DNA of 63,895 bases, filler included, from Octopus bimaculoides (Eukaryota): NCBI RefSeq assembly GCF_001194135.2. It is 5 parts of 5 records of this genome, joined end to end, with 100 filler letters (N's around TTAATTAATTAA, not from the genome) between each part and the next. Parts side by side here need not be neighbours in the genome. Positions count along the whole stretch, not along the records: positions 47,328 to 58,841 come from NC_068994.1; positions 58,942 to 62,516 come from NW_026304118.1; positions 62,617 to 63,895 come from NC_068986.1; 2 more parts are not named here. The stretch is one strand, 5' to 3'. The notes below the pieces were generated by a model. The model was given only the letters and a program-made list of their open reading frames with translations, was not told the DNA's origin and did no database searches. This document shows positions 52,596 through 63,895 of this stretch, piece by piece. Made by a program: the position numbers and the translations under genes. How positions within the stretch are numbered: the first letter of the stretch is position 1; the number at the start of each line of letters is the position of its first letter.

Positions 52596-52798
52596 TATAT
52601 GCACAGACATGCATATATATATACATATTGTTGTGTCTGGGGAGAGTCGTATTGTCTTAATGCTTTGTTAACTATCACACTCACCAGTTCAATTTCCACT
52701 TATTTATATTTTTCTCTTTTGATAAAATTTTCGTTGCTTTTGCAACCTTGTCAATGGATGTTGAATCAACATCCATTGGCAAGGTTGCAAAAGCAACG

Positions 52799-52834
<36 letters not shown>

Positions 52835-53569
52835 NNNNNNNNNNNNNNNNNNNNNNNNNNNNNNNNNNNNNNNNNNNNNNNNNNNNNNNNNNNNNNNNNN
52901 NNNNNNNNNNNNNNNNNNNNNNNNNNNNNNNNNNNNNNNNNNNNNNNNNNNNNNNNNNNNNNNNNNNNNNNNNNNNNNNNNNNNNNNNNNNNNNNNNNNN
53001 NNNNNNNNNNNNNNNNNNNNNNNNNNNNNNNNNNNNNNNNNNNNNNNNNNNNNNNNNNNNNNNNNNNNNNNNNNNNNNNNNNNNNNNNNNNNNNNNNNNN
53101 NNNNNNNNNNNNNNNNNNNNNNNNNNNNNNNNNNNNNNNNNNNNNNNNNNNNNNNNNNNNNNNNNNNNNNNNNNNNNNNNNNNNNNNNNNNNNNNNNNNN
53201 NNNNNNNNNNNNNNNNNNNNNNNNNNNNNNNNNNNNNNNNNNNNNNNNNNNNNNNNNNNNNNNNNNNNNNNNNNNNNNNNNNNNNNNNNNNNNNNNNNNN
53301 NNNNNNNNNNNNNNNNNNNNNNNNNNNNNNNNNNNNNNNNNNNNNNNNNNNNNNNNNNNNNNNNNNNNNNNNNNNNNNNNNNNNNNNNNNNNNNNNNNNN
53401 NNNNNNNNNNNNNNNNNNNNNNNNNNNNNNNNNNNNNNNNNNNNNNNNNNNNNNNNNNNNNNNNNNNNNNNNNNNNNNNNNNNNNNNNNNNNNNNNNNNN
53501 NNNNNNNNNNNNNNNNNNNNNNNNNNNNNNNNNNNNNNNNNNNNNNNNNNNNNNNNNNNNNNNNNNNTT

Positions 53570-54200
53570 ATATTGGAGTAGACTGGTTTATGGGGTTATC
53601 CTGAGTTTCTGGATCATAAGGGGCTTAGCCTCACGGCGTATCTTCAGACCCCAAACACTGCTGACCTGAGACCCCCTTGAAATATTGAGGGGGGAAAAGC
53701 CTCGTTTTTAGGGGTAAAACCCTAGGTGATTATTTCCCTTTGCCATTGTCCATTGACCTTCAGCCGCACTGCCATCTTGCGGTCACCAAAGCACCACGAA
53801 GGTAAACGATTGTCTCCCTTCGGCCTTGGCTATTAGTTTCCGGGTGTGGTGCCGCCATGCGGATTCCAAAAAGCCAGCAGGCATTTTCTAAAATGCAGGC
53901 ATGGTCCGAAAATCTCCATCCTGGAGTTTAAGATGTCCCCTGATGCGAGTGAGTCTTTAAGTATCCTCGTGCGTTCGGCAATGTATAACTTGCACCGTTT
54001 CGTCCCGTTGATGTAGGAGCCTAGGTTCTCGAGTATTTTCCATGCGATCGAGTATGGAATCTCTTCGTCTCATAATTGCCAGATATGACTGGCCAGCAAT
54101 GTCACATATCTCCCTTCCGGGACTCTGGAGGAGGACAGATGATTGGAAAGGCGCTGTTTGAGAGATCCTCCAGTGCACCCCAAGTATTTCTTTGGGCGCG
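53570..54200 (-). mobile_element. Penelope-like element 3' end: GIY-YIG endonuclease (53833-54196) plus pseudo-LTR (53570-53715)
   Basis: KYLGCTGGSLKQRLSNHLSS..TLLASHIWQL*DEEIPYSIAWKILE..CKLYIAE..LNSRMEIFGPCLH matches the PLE endonuclease pattern (YxG, R, H, CxxC-E, LNxRxE, CxH). Confidence 0.85.
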
Positions 54201-54487
54201 TAATGTCGTTGCGCCTGTTGCTGTTGTAGGTGCTGCCCCTGTTGGTGCTGTTGTTGTTGCTGTTGCTGTTGCTGCTACCATCGCCGCCGATGCCGCCGGT
54301 GGTGTTGTCGCTGCTGGAGTTGGAGCTTCTGCTGTTGGTGCTGGTGTTGGTATTGGTGCTGGTGTAGGCGTCGCTGAGGGTGGTGTTGGTGACGGTCATA
54401 TTCTCGTCCCTGCGTGTGTTGCCTGTGGTGCAGTCGTCGTTGTTGCTGCTGGTAATGACGTTGCTGTTGTTGTCGCTGCAAATTTAC

Positions 54488-54631
54488 TCTTAAAAATGAG
54501 GCTTCCCCCCACCGCATATTTTAAAGAGGTCTCAGGTCAGCAGTGTTCGGAGTCTGAAGATACGCCGTAAGGGTAAACCCCCTATGAGCGAGAAACCCAG
54601 AGTAGTCCCATAAACTAGCCACCTCCAATAT
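54488..54631 (+). repeat. Inverted copy of the Penelope pseudo-LTR; a third partial copy at 55720-55790
   Basis: Reverse complement of 53570-53715 at roughly 80% identity by eye. Confidence 0.85.
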
Positions 54632-54697
54632 AATATTAACTGCTCCACATCTTAGAGTGTGCTTCTCCTCCAGAGTTATGTATTTCTACAAACAATC

Positions 54698-54739
<42 letters not shown>

Positions 54740-56046
54740 TGATGAGAGTAGGAGATAACCCCCTACCTTTTACTCTCATAGCCGACAGGTGGCGTAGCTA
54801 AAGGAGGACGATACAACTGGTAGCGAATTTTTTTTCCCCACGAGAGTTCTGGACCCCAGTAATGAACTCATTTGGCATTCAAAATGGCAACCTTCGATTG
54901 CCATACGAATCTTGTATCGTGCTCTCATTCAGATGCCAATATCATCGATACTGAGCACATACGCTGGTTAGCGGTAAGTTTGAATTACCGAAAATCTCCA
55001 GCCAGTACGAAGACAATTGGTATGCAATTAACTGCAGCATCCAAGAGAAAGATGGTTGGTGGTGACAGAAATCGCATTGGTGCTGGCAGACCGTTGAAGG
55101 ATTGTTTAAAAAGTGTGAAAGGAAAGGTGCCGTTCAGCTTCCAGATTATGTCTAGATGCAAAACCCAACATAACACTCGTGAATATGTTAAAAACAATCA
55201 ATCTCTTGGTAAAACACACTCTACCAAGTAAACTCAAGACGAAGAACAGTGTTGTAAGTCGACTGAGCGCCAGGTTATGCCTATTTTAGAAAGAGGTAAG
55301 TAATTAGACAGATTTGCATCTATACCTATTATCAGATTTTGTTAGGGCCCCATATGGTAAAGATGTAGATGGGAAAAATGTGGGTAGAGGGTGATGTACT
55401 AGCAACCCTCTCCCCTTACTGTTTTACAAAGTGAACAACAACACAAACAACTACACAGAAGCAGCCATGGTTGAAACAAGAACAAGAACAAGCATTATTA
55501 AAAGAGAAAAGAAGCATGGCCATTCCTTACTCAAGTGACCTTATCTTATTGCCCATCACTTATGCGCTCATAAATTAGTTTGATAGTTGAGCGCTGGTTG
55601 GCTGCATGCAAATGAGTTCATAACTGGGGTCCGGAACTCTCGAGGGGAAAAAATTTCGCCAGCCGGTAGCCGATAACCAGTAGCAAAGGAAGATAATCCG
55701 CATTGTTTATATCTGTATGATTTCCCCCTCCATATTTTAAAGAGGCCATAGGCCAACAGGTCTTAGGGTCTGAAGATACGCCATAAAGGTNNNNNNNNNN
55801 NNNNNNNNNNNNNNNNNNNNNNNNNNNNNNNNNNNNNNNNNNNNNNNNNNNNNNNNNNNNNNNNNNNNNNNNNNNNNNNNNNNNNNNNNNNNNNNNNNNN
55901 NNNNNNNNNNNNNNNNNNNNNNNNNNNNNNNNNNNNNNNNNNNNNNNNNNNNNNNNNNNNNNNNNNNNNNNNNNNNTATATATATATATATGTGTATGTA
56001 TATGTATACATACATGCATACATACATACATACATACATACATACA

Positions 56047-56077
<31 letters not shown>

Positions 56078-56386
56078 TATGCACTGAAATTGTTTTGAAT
56101 TTTTTGCGAGACTATTTAAGACGTAACGGATTTTCATTTTAGGTATGGCAAAAGCTGCTGACGAGAATTAAGGCACTAACCCGGATTTGAAATCATGATC
56201 CAGGTATATCGGTTACCACATTCTACAGCTTTTTAGTTGAGATACTATGTTAAATTTTGTTCGTTTGCCCGATTTCTGTTGGTCCGTTGCGTATTTTCAG
56301 TGAGATTAGTGGATAAGATGAGGTTTTTGACTCTCCTTTCTAGCAAGTTGGTGTTTCGTGTAGCCTCCATTATAGTGCGCGCGCGC

Positions 56387-56436
<50 letters not shown>

Positions 56437-57116
56437 TAGTGTATATGTTTGTGCGCACGTTACACACACACACTTACAAACGTACATACAGAGACACACA
56501 TGCATATATCGGAGTGTGAAAAAGACATACATACAGATAGTTACACATATAGATAGTAAAATTGACACAAAAGGTATATTAATATACATATTTTTAAGGG
56601 TAATTATATAGCAAAATAAACATTTTGTGAAGGATCACTCAGTATATTAAGTTGATATTAAAATTTATTTTTTGCAAGGGAACGAATGATAGTGACTTCC
56701 AAGTTACATTTTTGATTGTGAATTCTCTAGATTTAGATAACTGGTCTAATGCTTAGATTCTATTTGTTAGCGGAATATAACGTGTGCAGTGTAGGCTTGT
56801 TTTATAATGAAATATTTTTTTATGTAAAAGAAAATTGGGTTAACTGGTATTGGAGTAAATGAAAGAAACAACAAAACATTTAGAAGAAAATATGAAGGAG
56901 AGGAATAAATCATTGTAAATAGGAGCTAAAATACCTTGAATGGATAAGACTATAAAAAGAAGTTAAGATGATGACAATGATAATGGAAAAAGGAAGAGGA
57001 GGAGGAGAATATGATGATAATGATGGTGATGATTTATGTGGGGTGGATAAAGTTTAGGTGGAGAACAGGATAGTTAGGAAGTCGTGTAACTGAAAAAAGC
57101 CAGTCATATATATGAA

Positions 57117-57148
<32 letters not shown>

Positions 57149-57893
57149 AGAGAAAGAGAGAGAGAATTAGAATGAGTGTGTTTGTATGTAGCGGTGGGAG
57201 GTGCCATTATGAAGGGGTGTCGATGAAAACCCTCCACTGACACATACAATGTAACTACAGCTAAGCTGAGCTTGTTGTAGCCTAGGGATTGGTTAATTAA
57301 TTCAATGCCTATTATAATGAAAACGCCACTGCTGGGTATAGAGCATACCGGCAGTAGCTGTGTGCAGTGGGGAGAGATGGGGTGTGTGGCAGAATATGGA
57401 AATAGAAATTGTGAGTGAAAATAAAGTATTTTTCACGAACGTACCCCCTCCCTACACACATAATGGGTAGCATATTTATGTTCATATATTCTGTCATACT
57501 TGCACTTTGAATAAAAATGTAAGAACTAATCAATGTTCTGTTCAATATTCATTCTTAGTTTAGTCATTAATATATATAAATATATAACACACATTTACAC
57601 ATACCAATATTAAGACATTGTACAGCGGTAATATACATAAATGCGCAAGTTTAACTCACAGAATGCATTTTTATTAAGTCCGCATTGCTAGCCTCACTGA
57701 AAAGTCAACATTTTGGTTAAACCACATATTTTTTGTCTCTGTGATGCTTAAAGGAGATCAGTGTAATTAGTTTCAATATTACATTATCACGTCATCAAAT
57801 GAGCAACTAGTTTTCTTGATCACACGGGGAATAGTCACTTATACTTACAGTATACACAAATTCAAATAAAGCTAGATTAGGCTGCCTAATTTA

Positions 57894-57960
<67 letters not shown>

Positions 57961-57961
<1 letters not shown>

Positions 57962-58372
57962 TATTATCGAGTTAGAACACAGAGAGATCTAATGGATACA
58001 AATTAATTTATTAATTAATTAACATATTCATCTACAGTTGTTTCATTTCACAAACAAAATTAAAATTACAAAAGGTATATAAATATATAATTTTGCATTT
58101 TAAATACCTTGTATGGAAAATCATCAGGGCGTACAAAGGACAATACAAGGATTACATTATGATCCATTTGGAATACTCAGAATATATAGTCATCTATATT
58201 GTTCGCCCTGATGATTTCCCATACAAGGTGTTTAAAATGCAAAATTATACATTTATATATCTCCTGTAATTTTAATTTTGCTTGTGAAATGAAACAATTG
58301 TAGATGAATATGTTAATTAAGTAATAAATTAATTTGTATCCATTAGATCTCTCTGTGTTCTAACTCAATAAT
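57961..58372. repeat. Foldback with ~175-bp arms and a ~63-bp spacer
   Basis: 57961-58135 is the reverse complement of 58199-58372, about 90% identity by eye. Confidence 0.92.
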
Positions 58373-58941
58373 AATATTTGATATTTTACTATACTTTATA
58401 TAATATATTCATTGAAGAAATATCTCTTCAAAGTATACTATATATATAAATATATGTATACATATATATTTATATAATAATATTAGGGATAAAATCCAAA
58501 ATTACAGGTAAAAACTCAATTAAAATCAATTTATTAAAAATTAAAATTAAATTAAGTTTCACAGTATAAAATATATAGTTTTAGGGAAAAGAACCAAGGT
58601 TTATGAACTCATCGATGAAAATCCACTGTCACATAGAAAAAATTTATAATTAAAAGTACAATAAATAAGTATAATATGATACAAAGTAAATATCATAAGA
58701 TCAAGATAATAAAATGACTACACGTATTTCATAACCAATTTTCAAATAGAAAGAAATTTAAATCGATTAAAATCGATTAAAACTATCGAAAATCAATTCT
58801 ATTCAAAAATATAGCTAATCTTCAGGTCAAAATACAACAATNNNNNNNNNNNNNNNNNNNNNNNNNNNNNNNNNNNNNNNNNNNNTTAATTAATTAANNN
58901 NNNNNNNNNNNNNNNNNNNNNNNNNNNNNNNNNNNNNNNNN

Positions 58942-61900
58942 ACGTAATAACATAGGTACGTTCTTTCGTTCGTTCGTACGTACGTAAGTTCTTTCGTTAG
59001 TTCGTTCGTTCCTTCGTTCTTTCGTTCGTTTGTACGTACGTACTATCGTTCGTTCGTACATACGTAATTACGTTCATTCGCTCGATCGTTCGTACGTACG
59101 GACGTATGTAGATGCTTTGTTCGATTGTTCGATCGTTTGTACGTGCTTACGTACGTTCGTTGGTTGGTTCATTCGGTCGTTCGTACGTTAGTGCTTTCGT
59201 TGGTTTATTCTTTAGTTCGTTCGTTCGTACGTATGTACGTTCGTTTGTTCATTCGTACGTAAGTACTTAGGTACGTATTTACGTACGTACATTCTTTCAT
59301 TCGACCGTTGGTTCATACGCACTTATCTACGTACGTACATTCGTTAGCTAGTTCCTTCGTTCGTTCGTTCGTTCGTATGTACGCACGTACGTAAGAGCGT
59401 TCATTCGTCCTTTCGTTCGTTCCTTCGACCGTTCGGTAGTACTTTCGTACATACCTTCGTTCGTAAGTACATACGTTCGTACGAAGGAATGAACGAACGT
59501 ATGTACGTACGTACGTATTACGAAAGAACGTACGTACGTACGGACGAAAGGACGTATGAATGAACGAAAGAATGAACGTACGCACGAGCGAATGATCGAA
59601 CGTACAAACATACGTTCGTACGAACGATCGAAGGAACTTACGTACGCACGAACGAAAGACCGAACGAACAAACGAATGAACGAAAGAACGAATGTACGTA
59701 CGTACGTACTTACGTATGTACGTACGAACGAAAGAACGATCGAACGAACGTACGAACGTATGTACGTACGAACGAAAAAAGAACGAACGAATGAATGAAC
59801 AAAAGAACGAACGAACGTAAGTACGTACGTACGAACGAACAAACGAACGAATGAACGGTTGAATGACCGAAAGAACGTACGTATGTACGAACGAACAAAC
59901 TGACGAAGGAATGAACGAACGAATGAACGTACGTACGAACGACTCAGAGAATGAACGTACGTACGTGCGTGCGTACGAACGAGCGAACAAAACAACGAAA
60001 GAACAAACGTAAGTACCTACGAAAGAAACAACGAACGAACGACCGAACGGTCGAAGGAACGAACGAAAGGAATAAAGTACGTAAGTACGTACGAATGAAC
60101 GATCGAACGGAGGAACGTACGTACGTATGAACTAACGCACGAACGTACGTACGAATGCACGAAAGAACGATCGAACTAACGTACGTACAAATGAACGAAT
60201 GTATATACGTACGTACGTACAAACGATCGAGCGAACGAATGAACGTACGTACGTGTGTACGTACGAACGTACGTTTGTACGTACGTTCATACGTAAGAAT
60301 GAACGAACGAACGTAAGTACGTACGAACGAAACAACGAAAGTATGTACGATAGTACGACCGAACGGTCGAAGGAACGACCGAATGGACGAACGAATGGAC
60401 GAACGAACGATGTTACGTACGTACGTACATACGAACGAACGAACGAAGGAACGAACGAATGGACGAACGAACGATCTTACGTACGTACGTACATACGAAC
60501 GAACGAACGAAGGAACTCGCTAACGAACTACGTACGTAGATAAGTGCGCATGAACAACTGCCGAACGAAAGAATGTACGTACGTAAATACGTACCTGAGT
60601 ACGTACATACGAATGAACAAACGAACTACATACGTACGAACGAACGAACGTATATACGTACATACGTGCGTACGAACGACCGAGCGAACGAATGAACGTA
60701 CGTACGAACGAGCGAATGAAACAACGAACAAATGAACGTACGTTTGTACGTACGTTCATACGTACGAATGAACGAAGGAACGTAAGTACGTACGAACGTA
60801 CTTACGAACGAAGGAAATAAGGAACGAACGTACGTACGTACGAAGGAATGAACGAATGTATGTACGTACGAACGAACGATCATACGTACGTATGAACGAA
60901 CGATTGAACGAACGAACGTACGTACGAATGCACGAAAGAACGATCGAATGAACGTACGTACGTACATACGTGCGTACGAACGACCGAGCGAAAGAATGAA
61001 CGTACATACGTCCGTACGTACGAACGAGCGAATGAAACAACGAACAAACGAACGTACGTTTGTACGTACGAATGAACGAACGAACGTAAGTACGTACGAA
61101 CGAAACAACGAACGAACGCATGTACGTACATATGNNNNNNNNNNNNNNNNNNNNNNNNNNNNNNNNNNNNNNNNNNNNNNNNNNNNNNNNNNNNNNNNNN
61201 NNNNNNNNNNNNNNNNNNNNNNNNNNNNNNNNNNNNNNNNNNNNNNNNNNNNNNNNNNNNNNNNNNNNNNNNNNNNNNNNNNNNNNNNNNNNNNNNNNNN
61301 NNNNNNNNNNNNNNNNNNNNNNNNNNNNNNNNNNNNNNNNNNNNNNNNNNNNNNNNNNNNNNNNNNNNNNNNNNNNNNNNNNNNNNNNNNNNNNNNNNNN
61401 NNNNNNNNNNNNNNNNNNNNNNNNNNNNNNNNNNNNNNNNNNNNNNNNNNNNNNNNNNNNNNNNNNNNNNNNNNNNNNNNNNNNNNNNNNNNNNNNNNNN
61501 NNNNNNNNNNNNNNNNNNNNNNNNNNNNNNNNNNNNNNNNNNNNNNNNNNNNNNNNNNNNNNNNNNNNNNNNNNNNNNNNNNNNNNNNNNNNNNNNNNNN
61601 NNNNNNNNNNNNNNNNNNNNNNNNNNNNNNNNNNNNNNNNNNNNNNNNNNNNNNNNNNNNNNNNNNNNNNNNNNNNNNNNNNNNNNNNNNNNNNNNNNNN
61701 NNNNNNNNNNNNNNNNNNNNNNNNNNNNNNNNNNNNNNNNNNNNNNNNNNNNNNNNNNNNNNNNNNNNNNNNNNNNNNNNNNNNNNNNNNNNNNNNNNNN
61801 NNNNNNNNNNNNNNNNNNNNNNNNNNNNNNNNNNNNNNNNNNNNNNNNNNNNNNNNNNNNNNNNNNNNNNNNNNNNNNNNNNNNNNNNNNNNNNNNNNNN

Positions 61901-62516
61901 NNNNNNNNNNNNNNNNNNNNNNNNNNNNNNNNNNNNNNNNNNNNNNNNNNNNNNNNNNNNNNNNNNNNNNNNNNNNNNNNNNNNNNNNNNNNNNNNNNNN
62001 NNNNNNNNNNNNNNNNNNNNNNNNNNNNNNNNNNNNNNNNNNNNNNNNNNNNNNNNNNNNNNNNNNNNNNNNNNNNNNNNNNNNNNNNNNNNNNNNNNNN
62101 CACAAGAACGAACGTAGGAACGTACGTTCTGACGAGCGAAATAACGAATGAAAGAACCCATGAACAAACAAAAGAACGACCGAACGAAAAAATAAACGTA
62201 CGTACGTCCTTATGAACGAACGAACGTACGTACGAACTAACGATCGAACGCACGTACGTATGAACGAATCCACGAACGAACGAACGTACGTAAGTACGTA
62301 CGAATGAACGATCTTACGTACGTATATACGAACGAACGAAGGAACTATCGAAAGAACGTACGTAGATAAGTGCGTATGAACGAACGATCGAATGTACGTA
62401 CGTACGTACGTAAATACGTACCTAAGTACGTACGTACGAATGAACGAACGAACGGATGAACGTACGTACGTACGAACGACCGAGCGAACCAACGTACGAA
62501 CGTAAGTACGTAGGTA
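58942..62516. repeat. Degenerate CpG-rich tetranucleotide satellite (GAAC/GTAC/GAAT/GAAG units) with higher-order structure and an internal inversion
   Basis: 4-bp periodicity throughout; polarity flips at ~59480; recurring marker words. Confidence 0.95.
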
Positions 62517-62616
62517 NNNNNNNNNNNNNNNNNNNNNNNNNNNNNNNNNNNNNNNNNNNNTTAATTAATTAANNNNNNNNNNNNNNNNNNNNNNNNNNNN
62601 NNNNNNNNNNNNNNNN

Positions 62617-62665
<49 letters not shown>

Positions 62666-63231
62666 ATATATATATGTTGTATGTCTTGTTTCTCTGTTCG
62701 TCTTTTTTTCGTTGTTCGAAAAAAGTTCGTTTTCTGTCTTCGATTTTATGCTTTCGTTTTTCATTGTATTTAACTTTTTTTTGTGATTTCCTGTACCCAT
62801 ATATGCATGTATGTATACATATAGATGTAGGTATGTACACATATGTATGAATATATGCATATATTTATATATTATTTATGCTATTATATGATCGAACGCC
62901 ACGCATCTGTTTCCAAGTAAATTTTATCTTTATATATATATATAGAGAGAGAGAGAGTGCTGTACTGACGATTACAAGATCGTGTGTTCGATTCCGCATC
63001 AGGGCGTTCCGTTGTGTTCTTGAACAAAGCACTTGATTTCACGTTGCCCTGAAATCATTTCGACAATTGGATTGTGGCACCCAATTGCACCTGCACAGGT
63101 AGTATCGATCCGATGGAGGGGGTCAGCTTATGTCTACACAAACGTTTGATCACAACAAGCAAATCATGTGTGGTTCTTCGGTAAGAAACTGTCGGACCCT
63201 CAGACATCGCCTAAGGACTGGAGAGTCTTTT

Positions 63232-63249
63232 ATAATAATAATAATAATA

Positions 63250-63329
<80 letters not shown>

Positions 63330-63403
63330 CATCATCATCATTATTATTATTATCATTATTATTTTTTTTTTATTGTTGTTGTTATTATTAGTATTATTAT
63401 TAT
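63232..63403. repeat. (TAA)/(TAT)n trinucleotide microsatellite at the tail of a SINE
   Basis: Direct inspection. Confidence 0.95.
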
Positions 63404-63895
63404 ATGTAGATATAGCCTGGGGTGAGAACATGACTCAAGATCCGAGAAGTTTCGAACATCGCACTTACAAACACTTACATTTCTAAGATCTGTCGTTTCA
63501 ATGTGTGTGTGAGTGTGCGCGTGTGTATGTTTGTGTGTATGTCTGTATGGATTCATACATGCACGCATGAATAAATGTGCATGCCTGTATGCACACATGC
63601 AAATACATATGTAACCATGTGTCTATATGTGTGTGTCTGTGTGTGTGTGTGTAGAGGGGTGTAACAGTTTGGCAGTGAGCCGCTTGGTTGAGCAGTTGAA
63701 CAGTGAATCATAAGAACCCCGTCGTCTGAAAAAATGAAGAAAAAAAAACACTTCCCATCATGCGGATGTCTGCATGCGTGTTAATTGTAGCATAAGCAAG
63801 TAAAAATGTGCGCATACACATCCACACACACACACAAACACACACACACACACGAGTGAGCATAATATATATGCATATATATATATATATATATA

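Noticed and set aside
54076-54570. 164-aa Val/Ala/Gly-rich ORF
   Set aside because: Antisense translation of a trinucleotide tract and Penelope sequence
54739-54778. CTGATGA overlapping an 8-bp hairpin (TGAGAGTA/TACTCTCA)
   Set aside because: No GAAA after the stem, so not a hammerhead
58205-58305. CTGATGA ... GAAACAATTGTA in the foldback arm
   Set aside because: About 75 nt of unstructured spacer and no stem I pairing
2449-62492. Long ORFs in the supplied track (e.g. 2449-3336, 43706-44871, 45071-46591, 52521-53669, 60626-62492)
   Set aside because: They are made of N-gap X runs or microsatellite translations (YIYI, HTHT, RSFV) with no coding signal

Overview
AT-rich, microsatellite-dense animal genomic DNA. 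It is most likely an octopus or other cephalopod draft assembly, inferred from the SINE/LINE repertoire. It is not prokaryotic: no operons, CRISPR arrays or rRNA. Four 100-nt artificial linkers (44N-TTAATTAATTAA-44N) split the window into five unrelated scaffolds: 1-31264, 31365-47227, 47328-58841, 58942-62516 and 62617-63895. The first scaffold carries the 3' half of a TERF2IP/RAP1 (shelterin) gene on the + strand. Six phase-consistent coding exons encode a C-terminus that aligns without gaps to the RAP1 C-terminal (RCT) domain, and there are a duplicated micro-exon pair and a 3'-UTR intron. The rest is transposon debris: RTE LINE fragments and their (GAT)n tails, several tRNA-derived SINE families, hAT, Tigger/pogo, mariner and Tc1 remnants, TTAA MITEs and a Penelope-like element. 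The most interesting items are a canonical minimal hammerhead ribozyme (30550-30585, minus), a Penelope GIY-YIG fragment between inverted pseudo-LTRs that carry a possible hammerhead with an enlarged domain II, the duplicated RAP1 micro-exons, two long foldbacks and an inverted CpG-rich satellite. Almost all long ORFs in the supplied track are N-gap or microsatellite artefacts. I cannot support a wholly new multi-gene system here. Repeat boundaries and identities were judged by eye.
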